From the NCBI RefSeq assembly GCF_000621645.1, contig NZ_JHXR01000029.1, forward strand, positions 1 through 32,000: a DNA stretch of 32,000 nt. Direction: 5' to 3'. The DNA comes from Vibrio cholerae ATCC 14035 (GTDB lineage Bacteria; Pseudomonadota; Gammaproteobacteria; Enterobacterales; Vibrionaceae). The position numbers and the translations under genes are program-made. Under the pieces are notes generated by a model that had not been told where the DNA came from, searched no databases, and saw only the letters and a program-made list of their open reading frames with translations. Positions 9,222 to 18,581 of this stretch are shown here, piece after piece (positions within the stretch are counted from its first letter, which is position 1; every line of letters starts with the position of its first letter).

Positions 9222-9770
9222 TCAATTCACCTTTGGTTCAAGCTGTTCTAAAAACGTCTCAAGATCGGCAGTCAATACTTCACGCTGCGCTGTCCCTAAT
9301 TTCTCGAGGATCACATTACCACTCAGGTTACACACTGAAACCACTGCCATTTCATCCTCGGTTGTGGCGATAAATACGGTTGGCTTTTGCTTTAAGCGGC
9401 GCTGCATCACCAAATGCCCCAAGATGTTTTCCTGCAGGCGGGTGAAATCGTCTTCACTCCATACTTGCAGCAAAGTCAGCTCTCGGCCTCGCCACTGCGC
9501 AGGCATATCAGCACTAAACTGGCTGGCGTAAAATGCTTTAATATCCTCGTGCAGCGTGAGCTCAATCGCCCGCTCGACATTACTGAAATCTGCCCAAACC
9601 TCACGATTGATGGGACGCCAGCGCACCACATCGGTCAGCGCTTCGACCACACAAGGCGAAGCCAGTCCCAATAATTCATCATTTTCCGGTAATTGGCAGG
9701 TTTGCTGGGCACAATGTTGTAGAAAACGCTGACTGAATGCACTCAAGGCTTGCACTACGCTTTGCGTCAT
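9222..9770 (-). CDS. syd: SecY-interacting protein Syd
   Basis: Collinear with E. coli Syd ([39 protein letters not shown]). The start is set at ATG 9770, which has GGAG 6 nt upstream. The track start at 9818 adds 16 unsupported residues. Confidence 0.9.
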   Translation of the reverse strand: MTQSVVQALSAFSQRFLQHCAQQTCQLPENDELLGLASPCVVEALTDVVRWRPINREVWADFSNVERAIELTLHEDIKAFYASQFSADMPAQWRGRELTLLQVWSEDDFTRLQENILGHLVMQRRLKQKPTVFIATTEDEMAVVSVCNLSGNVILEKLGTAQREVLTADLETFLEQLEPKVN

Positions 9771-9866
9771 AATCATCTCCATGTTGAGTTTGCGCCGCCT
9801 CGTTAATGACACTGGCACTGGGATTGCGTAAAATTCTGCACATTCTAATTGAATCGACTGAAAAAC

Positions 9867-10712
9867 ATGAGCAAATATTCCGATGCCAAAGAGCTGGCAA
9901 GCTTAACTCTGGGTAAAAAAACCGAGTACGCCAACCAGTATGACCCAAGCTTACTGCAACCTGTGCCACGCAGCTTGAACCGCAATGATCTGCATCTTAG
10001 CGCGACTCTGCCTTTTCAAGGCTGCGATATTTGGACGCTGTATGAGCTCTCTTGGCTCAATCAGAAAGGCCTGCCCCAAGTGGCGATCGGAGAAGTGTCG
10101 ATTCCAGCGACCAGTGCCAATTTGATCGAATCCAAATCGTTCAAGCTCTATCTCAACAGCTATAATCAGACTCGTTTTGCATCTTGGGATGAAGTGCAAA
10201 CGCGCTTAGTGCACGATCTTTCGGCCTGCGCGGGTGAAACCGTGACCGTAAAAGTCAAACCACTGAGTGATTACACCGCAGAGCCGATAGTGACCATGCA
10301 AGGCGAGTGCATTGATGATCAAGATATTGAAATCGCTAACTACGAGTTTGATGATGCCTTGCTGCAAGGTGCAGCACAGGGTGAAGAAGTCAGCGAAGTA
10401 CTGCACAGCCATTTGCTTAAATCGAACTGCCTAATCACCAATCAACCCGACTGGGGGAGCGTCGAAATTGCGTATCACGGCGCTAAGATGAATCGTGAAG
10501 CCTTACTGCGTTATCTTGTCTCTTTCCGTGAGCATAATGAGTTTCATGAGCAGTGTGTTGAGCGTATTTTCACCGACATTATGCGCTACTGCCAGCCACA
10601 GAGTTTGACCGTGTATGCGCGTTATACTCGACGCGGTGGCTTAGACATTAACCCATTCCGCTCCAGCCACCAGTCAGCACCGAACCATAATCAACGCATG
10701 GCGCGACAATAA
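9867..10712 (+). CDS. queF: NADPH-dependent 7-cyano-7-deazaguanine (preQ0) reductase, bimodular type
   Basis: [24 protein letters not shown] matches the E. coli QueF N-terminus, and the catalytic-Cys region [17 protein letters not shown] is present. It is divergent from syd, as in E. coli. The start is moved to ATG 9867. Confidence 0.92.
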   Translation: MSKYSDAKELASLTLGKKTEYANQYDPSLLQPVPRSLNRNDLHLSATLPFQGCDIWTLYELSWLNQKGLPQVAIGEVSIPATSANLIESKSFKLYLNSYNQTRFASWDEVQTRLVHDLSACAGETVTVKVKPLSDYTAEPIVTMQGECIDDQDIEIANYEFDDALLQGAAQGEEVSEVLHSHLLKSNCLITNQPDWGSVEIAYHGAKMNREALLRYLVSFREHNEFHEQCVERIFTDIMRYCQPQSLTVYARYTRRGGLDINPFRSSHQSAPNHNQRMARQ

Positions 10713-10726
10713 GGATAAGACTTAGG

Positions 10727-12988
10727 ATGAGATTTCTGCGCTGGATAACCATAGCGACTTTACTACTGACTTCAAGTTGGGCTCAGGCCACGATTTACTC
10801 TTCACCTATGCTCAATGAAGCTAGCGGCTTGGTCGAGGTCTCACCCTTACAAGCAAAAAAAATGGCGCAGCAGTACCTTAATGAGCGCCATTTAGCCGAG
10901 AAACAGGAAAAACACCCCGCCACAATTGCTCGAGATGAAGCCGACAGCCGGACACGCACACCCGGCAGTACGGTCGATGCCTTGATGATTTTGGCGCTCG
11001 CCTTGGATAATCTTGGTGAACATGAACAAGCGCAACAGATTTTGCGCGATGCCAATGCACTGACTGAACAATACCAACTCCCCTATCTACACCTCGATGT
11101 GCAAATCCTTAGCACTCGTCTTATTTGGCAAAAAGAGGGTGATGCACAGGCCGCGCGCGAAAGAATACAGAAGATCAATGAGCAGTATCAGGTGATCGAA
11201 AATGCCGATCAAATCGCCAAAGGCATTGATTACAAACTTACGTTACTCAGTGCCGAAATCGCCTCAAAAGCCAATGAGCTTGAATTGGCCGATAAGCTGT
11301 TTGCCAAGGCCAAACCCTATCTTGACACCTTACAAAACGAAAAACCGGCCATTGAGTATCACCTAACCTTAGGTGAGCACAATCTTAGCCATGGACGTTA
11401 TAACCTGGCGCTTTCCGAATTGCTGATCGCCTACTGGAGTGCTATTGAGAACAACGCCGGCGTACTGTTAGCGCAAGCAAACACACTGCTAGGCAAACTG
11501 TTTTTCAATCGCCAAGTGTTAGATAAAGCACTCGATCACTTCTCACAAGCGGCAGACTTTTATGGCCGCTACGAACAATCGCCATTTTTATCTGCTGTTC
11601 TCAAACAAATGGGTGATGTCTACTACCAGCAAGGCAAATATAACTTAGCTTTGGTGCATTATTTCAATGTGATTGACCATCAAAATAATCAATCGTCACT
11701 CAGTGATGAAATTGAAATTCGCATCAATCTCTCCGCTACCTATTTACAACTCTACAACTACCCCGTTGCTGAGCAGTATTTAACCAGCGCTGAAGAGCTA
11801 TTAGGAATGGCTGATATTCCTCGTTTAAATGGGCACGCCGCCTTACTGCATTCAGGGTTGGCTTATTATCAAGAAATAAATCAGGATATCGTTCGTTATG
11901 CAGAAATGGCACTGCATATTGGTCAATCGATTCAAGATGACGAACTTCAAGAGCAAGCTTACCGTTTACTTTCTCTCGGTTATGAAAGAACCGGCTCAGC
12001 CGCCAAAGCGCTAGACAATTTTAAAAAGAGTCAGGTTCTCGCCCAAAAACGACAAAATAAGCTTAACCAAATCAGTGAAGATGCATTTCGTCAGCAACGG
12101 GAGTTTATTGAACAGACCTTGCATTTAGTTGGACAAGAAAAACAGCTGCAAGAGACCAACAATCAATTCAGCCAATTACGTAAAGTGGCTTTGTTTTTAC
12201 TGAGCATTAGCTTAGTACTTTTTCTGATTACTTTGCGACGCGGTTATCTTATTCAAGGCTTTCAAGATCAAATCTCTGAGTTGCATGACACTTTATTTAC
12301 TCATTCGAGATCGCGCCTAAGCAATCTACGCATGCTGAATGCGAAGTTACCCAGTTCATTAGAAAACAGTAACCGTAACTATGAACAGTGGCAGCTAGGG
12401 GAGCTCATTCGTCAACCGCTCAACGATAGACTGCGTTTTGTGCTGATCGATATTCCTTTCATGCGCAACATGTATCTACAAAATGGTTATACCGCCGGTT
12501 TAGAATTAGAGCGCGCTTTTGGTAAATTTCTTAAAACTAAAATAAAAGAACCCGATCGGTTGTACCATTTTTCAGATGCAAGCTTGTTGTATATCGAAAA
12601 AAATGGCAGCGAGCGAAGTGAACCAGAAATATTATTCAACCAGATTCAATCTTGGCTGAATGATTTTGCACCAGAAAGAAAAATAAACCGAATAGTTCGA
12701 ATTGGTATTGCCGATTACCCATTTTTACCGCGGGCTTATACCGCCATCAATGATAAAGAATTGTTGGATATTTTGTTGATGGCAACCAATATCGCCAGAG
12801 AGTTAAGCTTGAGTGAAGGCCAAAGTCATTGGGTCTATTTTAAAGCGATTGATAATGCCCCAGCCGCCAGCTTTGCTTCGGAAAATATTCGACTTTCTTG
12901 TAAACAAGCAATAAATCAAGGGCTGATCAAAGTTCACTCTTCTTATAAGAATGAGGACAACATCAAAAAACTCTTAAAAGATGGATAA
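10727..12988 (+). CDS. Signal-peptide / periplasmic TPR-rich domain / single TM / cytoplasmic degenerate GGDEF-like domain protein
   Basis: 753 aa. The N-terminal signal peptide ends in SWAQA|T. A TPR-like helical region of about 460 aa follows (GDVYYQQGKYNLALVHY etc.). The TM segment is VALFLLSISLVLFLITL (about nt 12184-12234). The C-terminal region FVLIDIPFMRNMYLQNGYTAGLELERAF...YHFSDASLLYI aligns with the next gene's VVLFDIDKFKSINDSFGYTAGDKALSII...ARFSGEEFILLL, but FSDAS replaces the GG(D/E)EF site. The start is 14 nt after the queF stop. Confidence 0.85.
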   Translation: MRFLRWITIATLLLTSSWAQATIYSSPMLNEASGLVEVSPLQAKKMAQQYLNERHLAEKQEKHPATIARDEADSRTRTPGSTVDALMILALALDNLGEHEQAQQILRDANALTEQYQLPYLHLDVQILSTRLIWQKEGDAQAARERIQKINEQYQVIENADQIAKGIDYKLTLLSAEIASKANELELADKLFAKAKPYLDTLQNEKPAIEYHLTLGEHNLSHGRYNLALSELLIAYWSAIENNAGVLLAQANTLLGKLFFNRQVLDKALDHFSQAADFYGRYEQSPFLSAVLKQMGDVYYQQGKYNLALVHYFNVIDHQNNQSSLSDEIEIRINLSATYLQLYNYPVAEQYLTSAEELLGMADIPRLNGHAALLHSGLAYYQEINQDIVRYAEMALHIGQSIQDDELQEQAYRLLSLGYERTGSAAKALDNFKKSQVLAQKRQNKLNQISEDAFRQQREFIEQTLHLVGQEKQLQETNNQFSQLRKVALFLLSISLVLFLITLRRGYLIQGFQDQISELHDTLFTHSRSRLSNLRMLNAKLPSSLENSNRNYEQWQLGELIRQPLNDRLRFVLIDIPFMRNMYLQNGYTAGLELERAFGKFLKTKIKEPDRLYHFSDASLLYIEKNGSERSEPEILFNQIQSWLNDFAPERKINRIVRIGIADYPFLPRAYTAINDKELLDILLMATNIARELSLSEGQSHWVYFKAIDNAPAASFASENIRLSCKQAINQGLIKVHSSYKNEDNIKKLLKDG

Positions 12989-13098
12989 ATGCTGCCCAGT
13001 CGGCATAAACACTGGGTGACGCCAGCAAAATATTTGTTATTATCGACAAATCAATAAATAGGATCAGGATTGATCCTCAACTATCCAGTTTGTTGTAC

Positions 13099-14664
13099 AT
13101 GGGCGTTCTAGAACAAGATATCCAAGCAGAGCTTCAAAAACTGAAATCTCAGTTAGAACAAGTACGTTTGACACAAAGGGATACTTCGTTCAAATTTAAC
13201 CGAGAGCAGCAAGTTCTTAAACGAATGGTCACTTCCTTGGCTACGACTTGCCGCGGCAGTAGCTCTCGACTAAACCAAAGTTTAGAAGAACTCTGTTTTG
13301 CATTAGAACAACAAAAAGACATCAGTACGCTGATCCCGAAATTAGCCGTACTGGAACGCATGTTGAAACAACAGTCATTGGCCATGGACAAACAAACGAG
13401 TCATCTGGATAGCCAGCTACAGCACAGTGGTGAAACGCTACTGCGCGTCCCCGGCTTACCCGCCAAGATCAAACGCGATCTTCGAGATCTGCTGAGTTTT
13501 AGCGCCGCACAGCCGCTGGAAAAAACTCAGCAAGCTTTGCGTTTGCTGGAAATTTATGAACGCGCGGTCAAAATTCAATGTGCCAATCCCAATTTGGCGC
13601 TCAATGAGCTTACTCAACAAGCGGATCGAGAACTGCTGCATCGACTTGCCGTTGATTTACAACACTTGATTACTGAGTTGGATTTCAATGGTGAATCGGG
13701 TGATCAACTGACCGATATCCGAACCAAGCTTCTGCTTGGCGTCAATACTCATACCCTGCTTGAGCTCACCCTTGAAGTGCTGCGTTTAGTCGTCGATGGA
13801 AGCCATGCTGAGCGCAAAGCAGCCGAAGCCTTTCTCGAGCAAGTGAATCTCTCGATTGGCAATAACCTAAAAAGCGCGACTCAAAATCTTGAGCAAAGCC
13901 AGAGTTACATGGCACACCGCCAAGAGATGAATGGCGAGCTGAGCAGTTTAGTGGCTCGTAGCCAGACCGCGCTCAAAGAACAGACGGAGCTAGAACAGCT
14001 CAAGCTGAAAATGGCGCCTTTACTGCGCGAGATGTCTTCACTTTCTGAACGCTTACTCTTAGCGGAGCAACGTGAGCAAGCCCTACTTGAGCGTATGCGC
14101 TATAGCAAAGATCAGATGGAAGCCCTGTCTGATTTGGCACAAGATTATCGTCGCCGCCTTGAAGATCAAGCATTGCGCGCGCAACTCGATCCTCTGACCA
14201 AAGTGTACAACCGCAGTAGCTTTACTGAGCGACTTGAACATGAGTATCGCCGCTGGATCCGTACGCAACACAATTTGCGGGTAGTGCTGTTTGATATTGA
14301 TAAATTCAAATCGATCAACGACAGCTTTGGCTATACCGCAGGCGATAAGGCCTTAAGTATCATTGCTCGCACCATCAAAAAAGAATTACGAGACAGTGAC
14401 ACCGTGGCTCGCTTCTCTGGTGAAGAGTTCATTCTGTTACTGCCTGAACGCTCCGATAATGAGAGTTACCAGATTATTCACCAGATCCAGCTCAACGTGT
14501 CGAAACTACCGTTCAAGTTCCGCGATAAGAGCCTAACCATCACGCTGTCTGCGGCGAGTATCCGCTTCATGGATTCAGATACCCCCGAAACGGTTCTTGA
14601 TCGTTTAAATCTGACGCTAAGTGAAGCCAAACATATCGGTCCAAGTCAGTTAGCTTGGAAATAA
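13099..14664 (+). CDS. Coiled-coil N-terminal domain + GGDEF-domain protein with SGEEF active-site variant and intact RxxD I-site
   Basis: The GGDEF domain reads DPLTKVYNR...LFDIDKFKSINDSFGYTAGD...RDSD-TVARF-SGEEF (SGEEF = nt 14416-14430; RDSD = 14389-14400). The start is ambiguous between TTG 13090 and ATG 13099, and neither has a clear SD. From memory of V. cholerae gene order this may be the cdgG (VC0900) locus; that is unverified. Confidence 0.88.
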   Translation: MGVLEQDIQAELQKLKSQLEQVRLTQRDTSFKFNREQQVLKRMVTSLATTCRGSSSRLNQSLEELCFALEQQKDISTLIPKLAVLERMLKQQSLAMDKQTSHLDSQLQHSGETLLRVPGLPAKIKRDLRDLLSFSAAQPLEKTQQALRLLEIYERAVKIQCANPNLALNELTQQADRELLHRLAVDLQHLITELDFNGESGDQLTDIRTKLLLGVNTHTLLELTLEVLRLVVDGSHAERKAAEAFLEQVNLSIGNNLKSATQNLEQSQSYMAHRQEMNGELSSLVARSQTALKEQTELEQLKLKMAPLLREMSSLSERLLLAEQREQALLERMRYSKDQMEALSDLAQDYRRRLEDQALRAQLDPLTKVYNRSSFTERLEHEYRRWIRTQHNLRVVLFDIDKFKSINDSFGYTAGDKALSIIARTIKKELRDSDTVARFSGEEFILLLPERSDNESYQIIHQIQLNVSKLPFKFRDKSLTITLSAASIRFMDSDTPETVLDRLNLTLSEAKHIGPSQLAWK

Positions 14665-14883
14665 CTGATTAATATTTAAGCTAATTAACTATTAATTTGT
14701 GCTCAATTTCACAATTACCCCCTCACTCTATTTTCTTACCTAACTAGATACCTCTAGATTGAAGCCAGATATATCAAGAGGTTATCACCCCCTTCTCTGG
14801 GTATCTCTGCTACTCTTGTTTTATAACAAATGCTCAACATCATGCTCTAGCATGGCCTCAACCTCAGGTTGAAGGAGGACACT

Positions 14884-16242
14884 ATGATTATTCAAGTCAG
14901 CCCAGCCGGCAGTATGGATCTACTGTCACAACTCGAAGTCGAACGTCTGAAAAAGACCGCCTCGAGTGATCTCTACCAACTTTATCGCAATTGCAGCCTT
15001 GCCGTGTTGAACTCAGGTAGCCACACGGATAACTCGAAAGAGTTGCTCGATAAATATAAGAATTTCGATATCACCGTCATGCGCCGTGAACGCGGCATCA
15101 AACTTGAGCTGGCGAATCCCCCCGAACATGCCTTTGTCGATGGACAGATCATTAAAGGGATCCAAGAACACCTCTTTTCTGTGCTGCGCGATATTGTTTA
15201 CGTCAATATGCATTTAGCCGATAGCCAGCGCCTTAACCTGACTAACGCGACGCACATAACTAACCTCGTGTTTGGTATTTTGCGCAATGCCGGAGCACTG
15301 ATTCCCGGAGCGACACCCAATCTCGTTGTGTGCTGGGGTGGACACTCGATTAATGAAGTTGAGTACCAATACACTCGTGAAGTCGGCCATGAGCTCGGTT
15401 TACGTGAACTGAACATCTGTACTGGTTGTGGCCCCGGTGCGATGGAAGGCCCAATGAAAGGTGCGGCGGTCGGCCACGCCAAACAGCGTTATTCGGAATA
15501 CCGCTACCTCGGATTGACCGAACCTTCAATTATTGCCGCCGAGCCGCCCAACCCTATCGTTAATGAGCTGGTGATCATGCCAGATATCGAAAAACGTTTG
15601 GAAGCGTTCGTGCGTATGGCACATGGCATCATCATTTTCCCCGGAGGTCCCGGTACGGCGGAAGAGCTACTGTATATCTTGGGCATTATGATGCACCCAG
15701 AAAACGCCGATCAGCCAATGCCTATTGTGCTGACAGGGCCAAAACAGAGTGAAGCGTATTTCCGCTCTTTGGATAAATTCATTACCGATACCTTGGGTGA
15801 AGCCGCTCGCAAGCATTACAGCATCGTCATCGATAATCCAGCGGAAGCGGCACGTATTATGAGTAATGCCATGCCACTGGTGCGCCAACATCGTAAAGAT
15901 AAAGAAGATGCGTACAGTTTTAACTGGTCACTCAAAATTGAACCAGAATTCCAACTGCCGTTTGAGCCTAACCACGAGAGCATGGCGAACCTTGATTTGC
16001 ACTTAAACCAACGCCCAGAAGTGCTTGCCGCCAACCTGCGTCGAGCCTTCTCTGGTGTTGTGGCAGGCAACGTCAAAGCGGAAGGGATCCGTGAAATTGA
16101 ACGCCACGGTCCCTTTGAAATGCATGGTGACCCAGTGTTAATGAAAAAAATGGATCAGCTACTCAATGATTTCGTTGCCCAAAACCGGATGAAACTTCCA
16201 GGCGGCAGCGCATACGAGCCTTGCTATAAGATAGTGACTTAA
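14884..16242 (+). CDS. ppnN: Pyrimidine/purine nucleotide 5'-monophosphate nucleosidase (LOG-like, YgdH)
   Basis: Near-collinear with E. coli PpnN/YgdH (ISPxGSMDxLSQLEV, [36 protein letters not shown], [12 protein letters not shown]). ATG 14884 is preceded by GAAGGAGG. Confidence 0.93.
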   Translation: MIIQVSPAGSMDLLSQLEVERLKKTASSDLYQLYRNCSLAVLNSGSHTDNSKELLDKYKNFDITVMRRERGIKLELANPPEHAFVDGQIIKGIQEHLFSVLRDIVYVNMHLADSQRLNLTNATHITNLVFGILRNAGALIPGATPNLVVCWGGHSINEVEYQYTREVGHELGLRELNICTGCGPGAMEGPMKGAAVGHAKQRYSEYRYLGLTEPSIIAAEPPNPIVNELVIMPDIEKRLEAFVRMAHGIIIFPGGPGTAEELLYILGIMMHPENADQPMPIVLTGPKQSEAYFRSLDKFITDTLGEAARKHYSIVIDNPAEAARIMSNAMPLVRQHRKDKEDAYSFNWSLKIEPEFQLPFEPNHESMANLDLHLNQRPEVLAANLRRAFSGVVAGNVKAEGIREIERHGPFEMHGDPVLMKKMDQLLNDFVAQNRMKLPGGSAYEPCYKIVT

Positions 16243-16310
16243 ACCTAAAGCCAATGTCTGCTCAAGCATGAAATCGTCGCTTGGGTAGTAATCTTGACGG
16301 ATTTGATTAC

Positions 16311-16340
16311 AATAAGGGCCTCACAAGCCCTTATTTTTTA
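16311..16340 (+). terminator. Intrinsic terminator after ppnN
   Basis: AATAAGGGC (16311-16319) pairs with GCCCTTATT (16327-16335), followed by a T-run to 16339. Confidence 0.75.
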
Positions 16341-16352
16341 TGGTTTTTGGTT

Positions 16353-17132
16353 ATGTTTCTTCATCTTGTCATTATTGATGCGCTTAATTTGATCCGCCGC
16401 GTTCACTCCGCGCAGACCGATCCCAACGACATCACCAGAACCGCGGAAACCACAACACGCACTCTGCAGCGCATCATTAATGAAGCGCTGCCCAGCCATA
16501 TGATTGCGGTGTTTGATCATCATTTATCTGATCGTGGCTGGCGCGCTGAGTTACTCCCAACTTACAAAGCCAATCGCAAACCCATGCCAGACGTTTTGCA
16601 GCAAGGGCTAGATTCCATTCAAGATGCGTGGTGGCAACTGGGGATTGATTCGCTGTTATCGGAAGGCGATGAAGCGGACGATCTGGTTGCAACACTGGCT
16701 TGTAAAGTGGCGGCTCATCAAGAAAAAGTGACAATTATCTCGACCGATAAGGGCTACTGTCAGTTACTTTCTCCGACCTTACAAATCCGCGACTACTTTC
16801 AACAACGTTGGTTAGATGAGCCTTTTATCGCTCAGGAGTTTGGCGTTACTCCCGCACAATTAACCGACTATTGGGGATTAACGGGCGTCAGCTCAAGCCA
16901 AATTCCCGGCGTGGCCGGTATTGGCCCGAAAGCGGCGAAAGAGATTTTAAACCAGTTCTCGAGCATTGAAGAGGCGTATGCCAGCCCTGAACTACCGGCA
17001 AAGTATCGAAAAAAACTCGATCCTCACATTGAAATGGCGCGTATCTGTAAACAAGTCAGTGCCTTGAAAACGGACATCGAGCTTGGGTTTAACTTGCAAG
17101 ATATCCGTTTTAACTCATCGTCCGCGGACTAA
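16353..17132 (+). CDS. xni: Flap endonuclease Xni (ExoIX, 5'-3' exonuclease family)
   Basis: MFLHLVIIDALNLIRRVH matches the E. coli Xni N-terminus (MAVHLLIVDALNLIRR). The acidic metal-site residues (EADD, STDKG) and the H3TH motif GVAGIGPKAA are present. The start is moved from the track TTG at 16281 to ATG 16353. Confidence 0.9.
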   Translation: MFLHLVIIDALNLIRRVHSAQTDPNDITRTAETTTRTLQRIINEALPSHMIAVFDHHLSDRGWRAELLPTYKANRKPMPDVLQQGLDSIQDAWWQLGIDSLLSEGDEADDLVATLACKVAAHQEKVTIISTDKGYCQLLSPTLQIRDYFQQRWLDEPFIAQEFGVTPAQLTDYWGLTGVSSSQIPGVAGIGPKAAKEILNQFSSIEEAYASPELPAKYRKKLDPHIEMARICKQVSALKTDIELGFNLQDIRFNSSSAD

Positions 17133-17162
17133 ATCCCCTCTGATTAGGCATCACAACACAGA

Positions 17163-17549
17163 CTACTGACTTTTCCACGCCGCGTAACTAAACCAGATCC
17201 AGCCTAAGATGAACATCACGCCACCAAAAGGCGTGATAGGACCAAACCACTTCACACCCGTGAGTGCGAGCGCGTACAAGCTACCGCTAAAACAGACGAT
17301 CCCGACCAAGAAAAACTGTGCCGCGCGGCGAAAGCCTTTATGCGCGGCTTCATGGAGCGGCAGCAACAATAATACGCCGCACACGAGCAGAGCCAATGCA
17401 TGGATAAATTGATACTGCACGCCCGTCTCAAACACACCGAGTAAATACGGGCTTAACATCTTTTTTAAACCGTGCGCCGCAAAGGCACCTAAACCCACCG
17501 CAACACCCGATAGCAAGCCCCCGAGAGCGAGTAAATACTTACTGTTCAT
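17163..17549 (-). CDS. ygdD: DUF423 inner-membrane protein (YgdD family)
   Basis: 128 aa with four hydrophobic helices. It lies 21 nt downstream of gcvA, the same pairing as E. coli gcvA-ygdD. Confidence 0.85.
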   Translation of the reverse strand: MNSKYLLALGGLLSGVAVGLGAFAAHGLKKMLSPYLLGVFETGVQYQFIHALALLVCGVLLLLPLHEAAHKGFRRAAQFFLVGIVCFSGSLYALALTGVKWFGPITPFGGVMFILGWIWFSYAAWKSQ

Positions 17550-17570
17550 CCTCTACCTCATAACCCGAAT

Positions 17571-18491
17571 TTACTGGTTGTGCTTATGTTGCAAAATATC
17601 CACTTGCTCACTGCGCGCCTTTTTCAGCATCCAATCGCGGAAAGTGGCGATCCGTCCCATATCCGCCTGCTTTTCATGGCACACCACATAGAAGGCGTTA
17701 TTGGTCATCAATACCTCATCAAAAGGAGCAATCAAGCGACCAGCATCAATTTCTGGTTGCGCTAACACGTTATTGCCTAACGCAACACCTTGCCCATGCG
17801 CAGCCGCTTGCAACACCATGGTTGAGTGACTGAAGATCGGCCCATGGTTAACATTAACGTTATCAAGGCCGTTCTCTTTAGCAAATTGTTTCCAGTCTTT
17901 ACGCGAGGTATCGTGCAACAAGGTGTGATAAGCCAAATCGCTTAACTTCTCCATTGGCTTGTTACCCAGCAACAACGCCGGAGAACAGAGTGGGATCAAA
18001 AACTCCTGATACAATTTATCGGCACGCAAGCCCGGCCAACTACCTCGGCCATAATAAATCGCCACATCCACATCATCAGTCAGCGAACCTTCATCCATAT
18101 CGACGGCCTTAATGCGCACGTCAATATCCGGCTCTTGCTGGTTAAAATCCGCCAAACGTGGCACTAACCATTGAATCGCAAAACTCGGCGGCAAACTAAT
18201 GGTCAGCGCCCCTTTTTCACTGCGCTCAAGTAATTTATCGGTCGCTTCAGCTAATGAACTAAAAATATCTTTTATGTCGAGGAAATAACTTTGCCCTTCT
18301 TCGGTCAGCAATAAAGAGCGATTACGACGACGAAAGAGTTTCAAGCCTAAAAACTCTTCTAATGCTTTGATTTGGTGACTAACTGCGGCCTGTGTCACAA
18401 ATAATTCTTCAGCAGCTCGGGTAAAACTCAAATGGCGAGCGGCCGCTTCAAACACTTTTAACGAATTAAGGGGAGGCAATCTTCTGGACAT
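17571..18491 (-). CDS. gcvA: Glycine cleavage system transcriptional activator, LysR family
   Basis: The first ~90 aa are almost identical to E. coli GcvA (RLPPLNxLxVFxAAARHLSFTRAAEELFVTQAAVSHQIK...RRRNRSLLLTEEGQSYF). Confidence 0.95.
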   Translation of the reverse strand: MSRRLPPLNSLKVFEAAARHLSFTRAAEELFVTQAAVSHQIKALEEFLGLKLFRRRNRSLLLTEEGQSYFLDIKDIFSSLAEATDKLLERSEKGALTISLPPSFAIQWLVPRLADFNQQEPDIDVRIKAVDMDEGSLTDDVDVAIYYGRGSWPGLRADKLYQEFLIPLCSPALLLGNKPMEKLSDLAYHTLLHDTSRKDWKQFAKENGLDNVNVNHGPIFSHSTMVLQAAAHGQGVALGNNVLAQPEIDAGRLIAPFDEVLMTNNAFYVVCHEKQADMGRIATFRDWMLKKARSEQVDILQHKHNQ

Positions 18492-18507
18492 AGCGGTACT
18501 CGGTTAA

Positions 18508-18526
18508 AGATTAGTTTTTTTAATCT
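18508..18526. promoter_or_regulatory. Candidate GcvA (LysR-type) binding palindrome AGATTA-N7-TAATCT
   Basis: Perfect 6-bp arms that contain the CTAAT/ATTAG core reported for GcvA sites. It is centred about 65 bp upstream of the predicted gcvB start and just downstream of the predicted gcvA -10. Confidence 0.45.
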
Positions 18527-18531
18527 GAAAC

Positions 18532-18537
18532 ATTATA
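18532..18537 (-). promoter_or_regulatory. Candidate gcvA -10 hexamer (TATAAT on the minus strand)
   Basis: The plus-strand ATTATA at 18532-18537 reads TATAAT on the gcvA strand, 41-46 nt upstream of the gcvA ATG. The -35 (TGGTCG, 18555-18560) is poor. Confidence 0.35.
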
Positions 18538-18546
18538 AATTGTCCG

Positions 18547-18575
18547 TTGCTAACCGACCAGAGAAAATCTATATT
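18547..18575 (+). promoter_or_regulatory. gcvB promoter: TTGCTA (-35) - 17 bp - TATATT (-10)
   Basis: The hexamers sit at 18547-18552 and 18570-18575 with an exact 17-bp spacer. This places the start of a ~205-nt RNA that ends at the terminator at 18761-18788. Confidence 0.55.
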
Positions 18576-18581
18576 TCACCG

